The position numbers and the translations under genes are program-made. 32,000 nucleotides of DNA from Labilithrix luteola (GTDB lineage Bacteria > Myxococcota_A > Polyangia > Polyangiales > Polyangiaceae), in contig NZ_CP012333.1 of assembly GCF_001263205.1 (NCBI RefSeq), forward strand, positions 9,576,073 to 9,608,072, read 5' to 3'. Positions 19,751 through 29,964 of the stretch are shown here, one piece after another (the stretch's first letter is position 1; each line of letters opens with the position of its first letter). Below the pieces are notes generated by a model. The model had not been told where the DNA came from. It ran no database searches and saw only the letters and a program-made list of their open reading frames with translations.

Positions 19751-20712
19751 CCGTCTCTACGGCTAACGCACGTCACATCCTCGTTCGCCTCGACAATTCC
19801 GTTCAACTTCCCGCCGCCCTTCTCGACGTCCTTCGCGACGAGATCGTCACCTGCGGTTGGCTTCGTGCCAGCGGCGTCCTCACCGACGTATCGCTGCGCT
19901 CCTTCGACCCGGACACGGGAATGCCAGGCGCCGAGCGCCGCCTCACGGGCCCCGTCCACGCGGTCGTCATCGACGGAAGCGTGGGCCTCGCCGGCGGCGA
20001 CGTCTCCTGCGGGCTCCGCGTCGTTCTCTCGCGCGAGACTGACAACGGTATCGAAACCATCGCCGGTGAAATCGAAAGCGCCCGCGCGGTTGCCGTCGAA
20101 GTCCTGGTGACCGCGTTCGACGACGTCGCCGCGACTCGCCAGCGCCACACGTCGGGCATCGCTCTGCTCGACGCAACGACGACCTCCCCGCGCGTGTCGG
20201 CGGTTCCCGCGCCCGAGCCGGCCCCCGCGCCCGCACCCGCCCCCGTAGCGGCGCCCGAGCCGGCCCCCGCGCCCGCACCCGCCCCCGTAGCGGCGCCCGA
20301 GCCGGCCCCCGCGCCCGCGCCCGCACCGACGTGGGCCGAGACCATTCGCGTAAGCGAGGAGGCCTCGGCACCGCCCCCTCCCCCGGCACCGGCGCCCGCC
20401 CCCGCGGCAAGCAACGTCCCCAAGCCTTCGCCGACGTTCATGCCCGGCGCCTTGGGCAACGTCATGCCCCGCCCCGTCAAGGTCACCAAGGCCGCCGAGG
20501 AGGAGCAGCCCTATCCGGAGCCGGGGGACATCGTCGACCACTTCGCCTTCGGGCGCTGCGAAGTCATCAAGAGCGACGGCGATCGCCTCCACCTCCGCCT
20601 CGGCAAAGACGGACGCGTCAAGGAGATCGCCCTCGAGATGCTCAAGATCACGCTGATGCCGCCGGAAGAGGGCCAGACCGGCCGCCTCTTCAAGCTCGCA
20701 CGCAAGCTCTGA
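19747..20712 (+). CDS. PPC/DUF296-like domain protein with an (APEPAPAPAPAPVA)n linker and a small C-terminal beta domain (hypothetical)
   Basis: ATG 19747 overlaps the upstream stop (ATGA). The N-terminal ~150 aa (HILVRLDNSVQLPAALLDVL...CGWLRASGVLTDVSLRSFD...AVEVLVTAF) follows the PPC/DUF296 pattern. A Pro/Ala repeat linker follows. The C-terminal ~70 aa (GDIVDHFAFGRCEVIKSDGDRLHLRLGKDGRVKEIALEML) looks like an SH3/Tudor-like barrel. Confidence 0.65.
   Translation: MTVSTANARHILVRLDNSVQLPAALLDVLRDEIVTCGWLRASGVLTDVSLRSFDPDTGMPGAERRLTGPVHAVVIDGSVGLAGGDVSCGLRVVLSRETDNGIETIAGEIESARAVAVEVLVTAFDDVAATRQRHTSGIALLDATTTSPRVSAVPAPEPAPAPAPAPVAAPEPAPAPAPAPVAAPEPAPAPAPAPTWAETIRVSEEASAPPPPPAPAPAPAASNVPKPSPTFMPGALGNVMPRPVKVTKAAEEEQPYPEPGDIVDHFAFGRCEVIKSDGDRLHLRLGKDGRVKEIALEMLKITLMPPEEGQTGRLFKLARKL
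20209..20326 (+). repeat. Perfect 42-bp in-frame tandem repeat, ~2.8 copies
   Basis: GCGCCCGAGCCGGCCCCCGCGCCCGCACCCGCCCCCGTAGCG occurs at 20209-20250 and identically at 20251-20292. A third partial, diverging copy runs from 20293 to ~20326. It encodes APEPAPAPAPAPVA. Confidence 0.95.
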
Positions 20713-20770
20713 GCGTTTCTTCGTCGCGTGCGTTCGAGGCCTCTCATCGCTCCGGAGGCGCGAGGCCTCG

Positions 20771-21715
20771 TCAGCCTCGAACGTGCGCCGTGCGGCCGTC
20801 GATGCGAAGCTCGGTTCCGGGCTTCGCGTGGGCCCACTTCACCACCGCGATGGCTGCGGGTTTGCCGGTCGTCGGACCGATGACGGCGCTCTTCACGTCG
20901 CCGATCGCGTCGCCCGCGGGCGTCGTGACAGCGGCTCCGGCAGCGGGTGCCGCATCGCCTTCGATCTCGACGGGCACGAGCTTGCGCTTCACGTGTCCGC
21001 GGTTCTCGAGCATGTAGACGACCTCCTGCCCGAGGTAGCAACCTTTCGAGAACGAGACGGCGAGCTTCTCGAGCGACGCCTCTTGCGGATAGTAGGTCCC
21101 GTCGAACTCGACGCCGAGGCGCGGAAGGCCTCGCTCGATCCGGACGGCGTCCCAACCGGCCTGGTCGCCCACGAGGCCACCGAGCCGGCGAGCCTCACTT
21201 TCGAGAGCCGCCGCGAACGCCTCTTGATTTTCGACCGGCACCGCCACCACCGCGCCGCCGGTCCCGAGGAGATCGACCTTGCCACCGAAGGTACGCATGG
21301 CGGCGAGCGCCTCGCTCTTCACGAGCTCGACCGCGCGCGGACCGTGTGCGGCATAGAACGCGAGCTCCACCGTCCCGAGCTCTGCGTCCTCCATGATGAG
21401 GTAGTGATCGAGCGTGGCGAGGAGCGCGTCGCGCTGGGCACTCGGAACGGCAATGGCGAGGGCCTGCTCGCCGCTCGAGACGGTGCCGGGGACGACGAAG
21501 AGATCGGTCTGGATGCGCCCCTTCTTCTCGACGAGGAGTCCGTAGGCGCCATCCTCCGAGCCGAGCTTCGCGAGGTCGCAGGTGACGAGACCGTTCAACC
21601 AGCTCGAGCGATCCTTGCCCGTGAGCAGGATCGCCGCTCGATCGGCCATCGGAACGACGAGAACGCTACCGTGCGCCGCACGCGCTTGCTCCTGGATTCC
21701 ATTGTCGGTGTGCAC
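20771..21715 (-). CDS. ygfZ: Folate-binding YgfZ/CAF17-family protein (aminomethyltransferase fold; Fe-S cluster maintenance)
   Basis: The family-defining motif KGCYLGQEVV is present (SFSKGCYLGQEVVYMLENRG). The N-terminal AILLTGKDRSSWLNGLVTCDL resembles the GcvT-like fold. Confidence 0.85.
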   Translation of the reverse strand: MHTDNGIQEQARAAHGSVLVVPMADRAAILLTGKDRSSWLNGLVTCDLAKLGSEDGAYGLLVEKKGRIQTDLFVVPGTVSSGEQALAIAVPSAQRDALLATLDHYLIMEDAELGTVELAFYAAHGPRAVELVKSEALAAMRTFGGKVDLLGTGGAVVAVPVENQEAFAAALESEARRLGGLVGDQAGWDAVRIERGLPRLGVEFDGTYYPQEASLEKLAVSFSKGCYLGQEVVYMLENRGHVKRKLVPVEIEGDAAPAAGAAVTTPAGDAIGDVKSAVIGPTTGKPAAIAVVKWAHAKPGTELRIDGRTAHVRG

Positions 21716-21807
21716 CCTCCCTATCTGGCACGAAGGCGCGCGAAACGCCTGAAAATCGACCCCGTATGCTTGACGGGTCGTGGCCCCACGCGTCAGGCTC
21801 CTGCGCG

Positions 21808-22809
21808 ATGGCGGGAATCGGGGTCATTTTCAACCCGCGCAGCGGACACAATCTGCGTGATCCGCGTGCCTCGCGGAGACTTGCACGGACCCTCGGCGAT
21901 CACGGCGAAGTGCGTGAAGCAGGTTCGCTCGATCAACTCTACCGCGTCGCGGAGGACTTCCGCCGCCTCGGCATCGACGTGCTCGGCATCAGCGGCGGCG
22001 ACGGCACGAACGGCGTCGCGATCACCGGTTTTCTCGACGTCTACCAGGGCAGCGCGCTCCCCCAGATTGCCTTCCTCCGTGGCGGCACGATGAACACGGT
22101 GGCGAATTCGGTCGGCGTCCGTCGTGGCCCGCCCGAGGGGTTGCTCAATCGCCTCGTTCGCGCCTACGTCGCACGCGCCGCGCAGCCCCTCAAAGACGCT
22201 CCGCGCCACGTCATGCGCTTGCGCGGAGACAAGGCCCGTCCGCTTCCGAATCAGGAAGCGAGCACACCTCCCCTCGCCGAGAAATACGGCTTTCTCTTCG
22301 GCACCGGCGTCGTCTACGGCTTTCTCTCCGAGTACTACCGCGGCGGCCCTCCGAACCCGGTCGTCGCGGCCAAGACTCTCCTTCGCGGCGTGGGCAGCGC
22401 GGTCATCCGCGGCGAGACGATCCGTCGAATGGCCGCTCCGTTCCGCGGCTCCGTCGAGCTCGAAGACGGAACGGTCTGGGAGGAGCGCGACTACCTCGCG
22501 ATCGCGGGCGGAACGATCGATCAGATCGGCCTGAATTTCCGGCCGTTCCATCGCTACGCGGAGCGGCCGGGGGCGTTCCACCTGCTCGGCATCCACTCCT
22601 CGCCGGTCAGCTTCGTGAGTCAGCTCCCGCGCATCTGGCGAGCATCACCGATGAAGCCCGGACACTCCTACGACGCGACTCCGTTGCAGGCGATGATTCG
22701 GTCTCCGAAGAAAAACATCCAGTACATGGTGGACGGAGATCTTCACGAATGTGATGGGCCGCTCCACGTGTCGGTCGGTCCAAAGGTGCGGATCGTCGTC
22801 GGCACCTGA
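21808..22809 (+). CDS. Diacylglycerol/lipid kinase catalytic-domain protein (YegS/BmrU family)
   Basis: MAGIGVIFNPRSG... and VLGISGGDGTNGVAITG (the GGDGT nucleotide-binding motif) are typical of DAGK_cat kinases. ATG 21808 is preferred to the track start 21766. Confidence 0.8.
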   Translation: MAGIGVIFNPRSGHNLRDPRASRRLARTLGDHGEVREAGSLDQLYRVAEDFRRLGIDVLGISGGDGTNGVAITGFLDVYQGSALPQIAFLRGGTMNTVANSVGVRRGPPEGLLNRLVRAYVARAAQPLKDAPRHVMRLRGDKARPLPNQEASTPPLAEKYGFLFGTGVVYGFLSEYYRGGPPNPVVAAKTLLRGVGSAVIRGETIRRMAAPFRGSVELEDGTVWEERDYLAIAGGTIDQIGLNFRPFHRYAERPGAFHLLGIHSSPVSFVSQLPRIWRASPMKPGHSYDATPLQAMIRSPKKNIQYMVDGDLHECDGPLHVSVGPKVRIVVGT

Positions 22810-22954
22810 GCTCGCGTGGCGCAGCGCCGCCCCAGGGCTGTAGCGAGTCTGTAAAGAGACGTCCAAAAAGGACGGATGAGGCCGGGCCGCCCGGGCGTTC
22901 CCCATGTGCGTTGGCTTGCACGTGGGACCCTCTCTCTTTAACCTGCTCCGCACG

Positions 22955-23659
22955 ATGCGTTTTTCTCAGCTGGCAAGCGCATTCGTAGTGGGGGGAGCCG
23001 TTGCTCTCAATGCCGTCGCTTGCGCCCCGCACGTGCAAGGCAACGTCATGCACGATCAGGAGCACGAGACAGGCGCCGCGGCGCGCTCCACCTTGCCGCC
23101 GGAGCTGAGCGCCGACGAGGCCGCGCGGCTGCAGCGTGGCGAGACCATCATCCGCGAACAAACGTGGAGCCGCGGGGACCGCCGCTACGTCGGCGGCCTC
23201 ACCTACACGGTCGTCGACGTGGGCGCGAGCGAGCTCTCGGCCGTCCTCGAAGATGTCGACGCCTACCGTCGCGTTTTGCCCAAGACCAAGCAAGCCAGGC
23301 TGGTGGGCATGAGCGGCAACGACCGTCTGGTCGAGGTGGTCCAAGGCAACGCTCTCGTCCAGGCCACCTACACGATGCGCGTGCGAAGCGAGCCGGTCGC
23401 GCCCAGCGGCCAGCGTGAGGTGCGCTTCTGGCTCGAACCCACGCTTCCGCACGAGATCGACGACGCCTGGGGCTTCTTCCGCGTCGAGCCGTTCATCGGC
23501 GAAAACGGCAACCCGCGGGTGCTGCTCACCTATGGGGTGCTGGTGGACGTCGGGGCCGGCATCGTCCGTGACCTCTTCGAGGAGCGCGTCCGCTCCGCGC
23601 TCCTCTCCGTCCCGCAGCTTGTCCGACGGTACGTGGCCGAGGTAAGACGCTCGTACTGA
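22955..23659 (+). CDS. SRPBCC (START/Bet v1/polyketide-cyclase-like) superfamily lipoprotein
   Basis: ATG 22955 gives MRFSQLASAFVVGGAVALNAVAC, a lipoprotein-type signal with Cys. The body (VLEDVDAYRRVLPKTKQARLV...VVQGNALVQATYTMRV...LTYGVLVDVG) follows the helix-grip fold pattern. The family call is moderate. Confidence 0.6.
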   Translation: MRFSQLASAFVVGGAVALNAVACAPHVQGNVMHDQEHETGAAARSTLPPELSADEAARLQRGETIIREQTWSRGDRRYVGGLTYTVVDVGASELSAVLEDVDAYRRVLPKTKQARLVGMSGNDRLVEVVQGNALVQATYTMRVRSEPVAPSGQREVRFWLEPTLPHEIDDAWGFFRVEPFIGENGNPRVLLTYGVLVDVGAGIVRDLFEERVRSALLSVPQLVRRYVAEVRRSY

Positions 23660-24591
23660 TGCTCTCTCGCGTCTTCGCGATTGCGATGAATACCTACCGG
23701 GAGGCGGTGCGCGCTCGAATTTTGATCGGGCTGCTCGCGCTCGCTCTCGCCGCGTCGACCTACTCGCTCGTCATCGCCGCCATGTCGGTCCGCCAGGAGA
23801 TGCGGATCGTGGCCGACATCGGCGCGGGCTCCATCTCGCTGTTCGCGGTGGCCGTCAGCATCTTCCTGGGCGCGAGCTCGCTGTACCGAGAGCTCGAGTT
23901 CAAGACCGTCTTCCCGATCCTGACGCGCCGCTTGCGGCGTCACGAGTACATCGTGGGCAAGTACCTCGGGATCATGATCACCGTGTTCGCGTTCATCGCG
24001 ATCGACGGCGGCGCGGTGCTCGCGATTCTCGCTCTGCAGGCCAAGCAACACGTCGAGCTCACGATCGGCGTCATCGTCGGCATGTTGGCGTTGCTGGGTG
24101 TGCTCGTCTGGCGCGCGAAGCTCACGCGGGTCTTCGTGTTCCTCCCGTGGTCGCTCCTTTTCTTCGTCGCGATGGCTGCCCTCGCCGACGCGACGGGCGG
24201 CGAGCGCCAGATCGTCGTCTACTCGTGCCTTCTGACCTTGGCCGAGGTCGGCATCATCACGGCCGTGGCGATGGTGTTCTCGTCGTTCTCGTCGCCCTTC
24301 CTCACGGCGATCTTCACGATGTGGATCTTCCTCATCGGGCGCTCGTCGGACACGCTCGGAAACCTCCCGGAGCGCATCTTCGGCAGCGCCGTTCGTACGA
24401 CGGGCATGGTGCTCGCGAAGATCGTCCCGAATCTCAACGTCTATGTTCCGGCGCGGCCGCTGCTGCTCGGACAGATCAGCACGACGGCGCCCGCACTCTA
24501 CATCTCACACGCGTGGCTCAACGCAGTGTTCTACGCGGTGGTGCTGCTGACGCTCAGCGCGTTCGTCTTCCGGCGACGCGACTTCCAGTGA
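23659..24591 (+). CDS. ABC-2-type transporter permease (NosY/GldF-like), no adjacent ATPase
   Basis: The ATG shares one nucleotide with the upstream stop (TGATG, 23657-23661). Six predicted TM helices. N-terminus MLSRVFAIAMNTYREAVRARILIGLL and the loop ELEFKTVFPILTRRLRRHEYIVGKYLG are typical of ABC-2 permeases. Confidence 0.7.
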   Translation: MLSRVFAIAMNTYREAVRARILIGLLALALAASTYSLVIAAMSVRQEMRIVADIGAGSISLFAVAVSIFLGASSLYRELEFKTVFPILTRRLRRHEYIVGKYLGIMITVFAFIAIDGGAVLAILALQAKQHVELTIGVIVGMLALLGVLVWRAKLTRVFVFLPWSLLFFVAMAALADATGGERQIVVYSCLLTLAEVGIITAVAMVFSSFSSPFLTAIFTMWIFLIGRSSDTLGNLPERIFGSAVRTTGMVLAKIVPNLNVYVPARPLLLGQISTTAPALYISHAWLNAVFYAVVLLTLSAFVFRRRDFQ

Positions 24592-25211
24592 GCCCGACGA
24601 GGCGCGCTCTCGCCACATTCGTGCTCGGCGCGGCCGTCGTGGCCATCGCTTGGTCTGCGCGCGTCTCGGAAGGTCGCAAGGCACTCGCCGAATCGACCGA
24701 GGCCGCGGCGCATGGAGACCTGACGACGGCCATTCTCGCGGCGCGCGCGGCCGCGGAAGCTCGTTGCCCCGGCTGCGAGGCCCCCGATCGAGGCTTCGCG
24801 CAGCTCGAACGCATCGCCTCCGACGCCGAGGCTCGGGGTGACTACGCCTCGGCCTTTGCGGCCTGGCGCTCGGTGCGGGCAGCCTCGCTCGCCACGTCCG
24901 TCATCGGTACGCGAACGGCGCGACGTACGCGTGCCGACGAGGAGCTCGCCAGGCTCGGACACAAACTCGACGTCGAGGCCGTTGCTGCGGGAGCCTTGCC
25001 GACCGCCGCCGCTGCCGAGGATCGCCTGCGTCAGGCTGGGGCCTCGCGCGACGTGCCGGGAAGCAGTGCCTACGCGTTTCTCGGTGTCGGCGGCGTGCTC
25101 TTGCTCGTCGGTGCGGCTCGACTGGCGCTCGCCAAAGGCTCCCGTGCCTCCGCTGTCGCCCTCGCGTTGACCGGCGCCGGGCTCGCGGCGCTCGCCGTGC
25201 TTTTCTTCTGA
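24588..25211 (+). CDS. Membrane-anchored helical protein (hypothetical)
   Basis: GTG 24588 overlaps the permease stop (GTGA). N-terminal TM helix (LATFVLGAAVVAIAW), an Ala/Arg-rich helical middle region, and two C-terminal TM helices. The longer track ORF 24147..25211 overlaps the permease out of frame and is rejected. Confidence 0.55.
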   Translation: MSPTRRALATFVLGAAVVAIAWSARVSEGRKALAESTEAAAHGDLTTAILAARAAAEARCPGCEAPDRGFAQLERIASDAEARGDYASAFAAWRSVRAASLATSVIGTRTARRTRADEELARLGHKLDVEAVAAGALPTAAAAEDRLRQAGASRDVPGSSAYAFLGVGGVLLLVGAARLALAKGSRASAVALALTGAGLAALAVLFF

Positions 25212-25217
25212 CGCCGA

Positions 25218-26030
25218 TCAGCCTGAAATAACGCGCGGCGCCTTGACCATCCCGTCGACGTACGAGGGATAGATCAACGTGACGCCGAGTATCGCGAGCG
25301 CTCGCGATCCGTCGATACGGCGATCGGCGCGAAGCGTTTCGTGGACGGTTTCGACGGGTACGTGCGGCGGTCTCGGAACGCCGTATTCCTTCGCCACCCA
25401 GTCGGCGATCTCGTTCTGCGTCGCGGGCGCGCGATCACCGACGACGAACGTCTCTCCGCGGACGTTTCGTGCCGCCAAGATCAATTGGGCCAGATCTTCG
25501 ACGTGGATACGCGACGTGAAGGCCGTCCCGTCGCCTGGAATGCGATGCGCGCCGCTGACGATGCGCACGTGCAGGCCGCGATCGCGCCCGTAGATGGCCG
25601 GGCATCGAAGGACGGTTGCCCCGCATGCTCGCCATGCCTGCTCCGCGCGAAGGAGGCGCGCGCCGCGTTCGGTTGCGACGCTAGGGAGCGGCGTCGCGTC
25701 ATCGATGAGACCGCGTAGGTCCCCGTAGACGCCGGTGCTCGAGACATAGGTTATCGCCGCCGCATCCGCGCACACCGGAGCGAGCCGCTCGTCGGTCTGG
25801 CCATCCGGCGGGAACGCGACGACCACCTGCGTTTTCGGCGAGACGAGTCCTTCGACGTCGCGCGGCTCGAGCGCCTCCGTGATGCGAACGTCGAATCCCT
25901 CGACTCGCAGAGGGGTGGCTCGCGCCGCCGTTCGAACCGTCGCGAGCACGCTCAGCCCTCGGGATCGGGCGAGTCGAGCGACGGCGGATCCCGTATAGCC
26001 GCATCCGAGGACGAGAAGGTCGATGGTCAT
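25218..26030 (-). CDS. NAD(P)-binding Rossmann-fold protein, atypical SDR / NAD-dependent epimerase-dehydratase-like
   Basis: ATG 26030 gives MTIDLLVLGCGYTGSAVARL, which contains the GxGxxG dinucleotide motif. YVSSTGVYG is typical of extended/atypical SDRs. Confidence 0.8.
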   Translation of the reverse strand: MTIDLLVLGCGYTGSAVARLARSRGLSVLATVRTAARATPLRVEGFDVRITEALEPRDVEGLVSPKTQVVVAFPPDGQTDERLAPVCADAAAITYVSSTGVYGDLRGLIDDATPLPSVATERGARLLRAEQAWRACGATVLRCPAIYGRDRGLHVRIVSGAHRIPGDGTAFTSRIHVEDLAQLILAARNVRGETFVVGDRAPATQNEIADWVAKEYGVPRPPHVPVETVHETLRADRRIDGSRALAILGVTLIYPSYVDGMVKAPRVISG

Positions 26031-26110
26031 CCGGTGGGCCGCAGGGTGGCCCACTCGGAGACGCTATGGAAGGGTCTGCGTGGTACGCGTGGGTGATAGC
26101 TTCGGCCCCG

Positions 26111-27289
26111 ATGCGTCACTTGCTTCGCACCGCGCCCCGCGTGCTCGGCGCGCTCGTCCCGCTTCTGGTCCCGCTCGCATGCTCGGCCTTCGGAGGAGAT
26201 GCGTCGGAAGCCACGCACCCCGATGCGGCGTCGACCTCGGACGATGCCGCGGCCCTGCCTCCCGACGCCGAAGCCGACGCAGCCGATGTGGGCGAAGCCG
26301 GCCTCGAGCAGCTCCCCGTGCTCCATCCTGTCTGCCCTCCGCCGCGCGCGCCGCTGTCGTGCAGCGGGGCTGACTGCAAGACGCGCCTGCTCTACGAGCC
26401 TCCCACGCGACCCCGCTTCCCGTTCGCCATCACCACCGACGGCAAGTTCGTCTACTGGGTCGAGCAGGATACGAACGGCGATGGCTACAACGGCAACGCC
26501 AAGGCTCGCATTCTGCGGGTTCCGCGTGCGGGCGGTGACGCGGTCGAAATTGCGGCGGGCCAGGACGGAACCACGGCACTCGCGCTCGACGGCGAGTACG
26601 TCTACTGGGCGAACTACGAGGGTGGCGCCGCGCCGGTCGCCACCACCATCATGCGCGCACCGCGCCGATGCCCTTCGTCGGCGTGCCCTGCCGAGCCGTT
26701 CGTGCGCCTCAATGTGAGCGGCCGCGTCACCGAGCTCGTTCGTGGCAAAGCCGGAGTCCTGTTCGCGCGCGCATCGTCGGCGGCTCTGATCCGCATCGAT
26801 ACCAGCCTGGCCACCCCACCTCGAACGGCGTCGCTCACCGCCGTCGCGTCGGGGCTCGCGGTCGGAGGTGCGTCGGTCTACGTGGCGATCTCGGCGTCGA
26901 ACTTCGTTGCGTACGCCCCCGATCTGGCAAGTTGGAGCACCTTCACTCCCATCGCAACCGACACCGCCGTCACGAGCCTCACCTCCGATTGCACGTCACT
27001 CTGGGCGACGACGAAGACCGATTACTTCGCGGTCGACGAGGTCAGCCACACGGCGGCCGTCGACGTCAAACTTGCTCTACCGGACGTGTTCGATTCGGCG
27101 GTCGATGCGAAGTTCGTCTACGTCGCCCGCGCGAACGCGGGTGGTGTCGAGGCGCTCGACAAGTTCACCGGCGTCAAGGTTCCGATCTGGAGCGGCAACG
27201 TCTTCGCGCTGGATGTCGACGACGAAGGTGTCTACTGGGGTGACCATGCTCCCGCGACGGGTGGCAATCTGTACGTGATGGAGAAGTGA
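26111..27289 (+). CDS. Lipoprotein with YWTD-like beta-propeller repeats, paralog A (hypothetical)
   Basis: MRHLLRTAPRVLGALVPLLVPLACSAFGG has lipobox LAC. Repeated (F/Y)VYW blades are present: GKFVYWVEQD, GEYVYWANYE, DEGVYWGDH. The alternative start ATG 26066 has a GGAG upstream. Confidence 0.75.
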   Translation: MRHLLRTAPRVLGALVPLLVPLACSAFGGDASEATHPDAASTSDDAAALPPDAEADAADVGEAGLEQLPVLHPVCPPPRAPLSCSGADCKTRLLYEPPTRPRFPFAITTDGKFVYWVEQDTNGDGYNGNAKARILRVPRAGGDAVEIAAGQDGTTALALDGEYVYWANYEGGAAPVATTIMRAPRRCPSSACPAEPFVRLNVSGRVTELVRGKAGVLFARASSAALIRIDTSLATPPRTASLTAVASGLAVGGASVYVAISASNFVAYAPDLASWSTFTPIATDTAVTSLTSDCTSLWATTKTDYFAVDEVSHTAAVDVKLALPDVFDSAVDAKFVYVARANAGGVEALDKFTGVKVPIWSGNVFALDVDDEGVYWGDHAPATGGNLYVMEK

Positions 27290-27302
27290 ACGCGGGAGGC
27301 TC

Positions 27303-28511
27303 GTGATACGCTCACCGGCGATGAGCCGCTTCCTTCGTGTCGCTCTGCCCGCGGCCGGCATCGTTGCCCTCTCCGGTTTTGTGTCGCTTGTATCGCTTGT
27401 GTCGCTCGCATGTTCGAGCTTCGGTGAGACGGACTCGGCGGATCCTTCCTCGACGAGGGACATCGACGCGTCGGGCCAGGTCCCCACGTCGGATGCGGCG
27501 ACCGAGCCGCACGCCGACGGTGGCCCGACGGAAGAGCTTCCTGAGCTTCGGAAGCTCTGTCCTCCCGCGCGTGGCCCGTCGAAAGGGTTTGCCGACAGCA
27601 AGAAGACGCTCCTCTACGAGCCTCCCTCGCGCCCGCGTTTCCCATTCGCGATCACCACGGACGCCAAGTACGTCTACTGGATCGAGCAAGACAACACGGC
27701 GGACGGTTACAACGGAAACTCGAACGCCCGCATTCTGCGCGTCTCCAAAGCGGGCGGCGTTGCCGTCGAGATCGCCTCGAATCAACCGAGCGCAAGCGCG
27801 CTCGCGCTCGACGGCGAGTACGTTTACTGGGCAACGTACACCGCGGGTTCGGCCACCCCCTCCGCCACGATCGCGCGGGCCGGTCGCGTGTGCGCCGCGG
27901 GGTCGTGCGTCGTCGAGCCACTCACGACGCTCGCCGCCGGCGGGCGTGTGAGCAAGCTCGTTTCTGCCGGACCGGGTGTGCTCGTCGCGCGCATGGCTTC
28001 GGCGAACGCGGCGCTCATCGATACGAAACAGGCAACCGCGAAGCTCTCCTCGCTCGCGCAAGCAGCGAGCGGCGTCGCGCCGGCGCCGTTGGCAATCTAC
28101 GCGACGAGGTCCGACTCGGCGGCCATCGTGGAGTACTCGCGCGACCTCGGGTCGAGCGCCCCCTTCACCCCCACCACGAGCAACGACGGATACCTGAGCC
28201 TCGCCTCGGACTGCACCAAGCTGTGGGTCACGCGCAGCAGCAGCCTTCTCGCGGTCGACATCGCCTTGCGCACGATCTCTTCCGCGTTCCCGCAGACGTT
28301 CTCCGACGTGTTCGACTCTGCCGTCGACGAGAAGTTCTTCTACGTTGCGCGAGCGAACGCGGGCGGCGTGGATGCCTTCGAGAAGATCACGGGCGCCAAG
28401 ACCAACCTCTGGAGCGGGAACGTCTTCGCGCTCGACGTCGACGACGACGGCATCTACTGGGGCGACCATGCCCAGTCGACGGGCGGCGATCTCTACATGC
28501 TCGAGAAATGA
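27303..28511 (+). CDS. Lipoprotein with YWTD-like beta-propeller repeats, paralog B (hypothetical)
   Basis: Colinear with paralog A, for example LLYEPPSRPRFPFAITTDAKYVYWIEQD versus LLYEPPTRPRFPFAITTDGKFVYWVEQD. The C-termini are also similar: VFALDVDDDGIYWGDHAQSTGGDLYMLEK versus VFALDVDDEGVYWGDHAPATGGNLYVMEK. Lipobox SLACSS. Start is GTG 27303 or ATG 27321. Confidence 0.75.
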   Translation: MIRSPAMSRFLRVALPAAGIVALSGFVSLVSLVSLACSSFGETDSADPSSTRDIDASGQVPTSDAATEPHADGGPTEELPELRKLCPPARGPSKGFADSKKTLLYEPPSRPRFPFAITTDAKYVYWIEQDNTADGYNGNSNARILRVSKAGGVAVEIASNQPSASALALDGEYVYWATYTAGSATPSATIARAGRVCAAGSCVVEPLTTLAAGGRVSKLVSAGPGVLVARMASANAALIDTKQATAKLSSLAQAASGVAPAPLAIYATRSDSAAIVEYSRDLGSSAPFTPTTSNDGYLSLASDCTKLWVTRSSSLLAVDIALRTISSAFPQTFSDVFDSAVDEKFFYVARANAGGVDAFEKITGAKTNLWSGNVFALDVDDDGIYWGDHAQSTGGDLYMLEK

Positions 28512-28524
28512 TGCTACGCGGGGC

Positions 28525-29964
<1,440 letters not shown>

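Noticed and set aside
20209-20326. The 42-bp direct repeats as a CRISPR-like array.
   Set aside because: The copies are contiguous with no spacers. They are in frame inside a well-supported CDS and encode a Pro/Ala linker.
20735-20770. A hairpin formed by two CGAGGCCTC(G) copies between convergent genes, with a CTCCGGAG palindrome in its loop that matches the core of the sahR-leader palindrome.
   Set aside because: The 18-nt loop and the lack of a U tract make it a weak terminator candidate. From rough base-composition reasoning, CTCCGGAG is expected about once per 32 kb by chance in DNA this GC-rich. The match to the sahR leader is therefore not significant.
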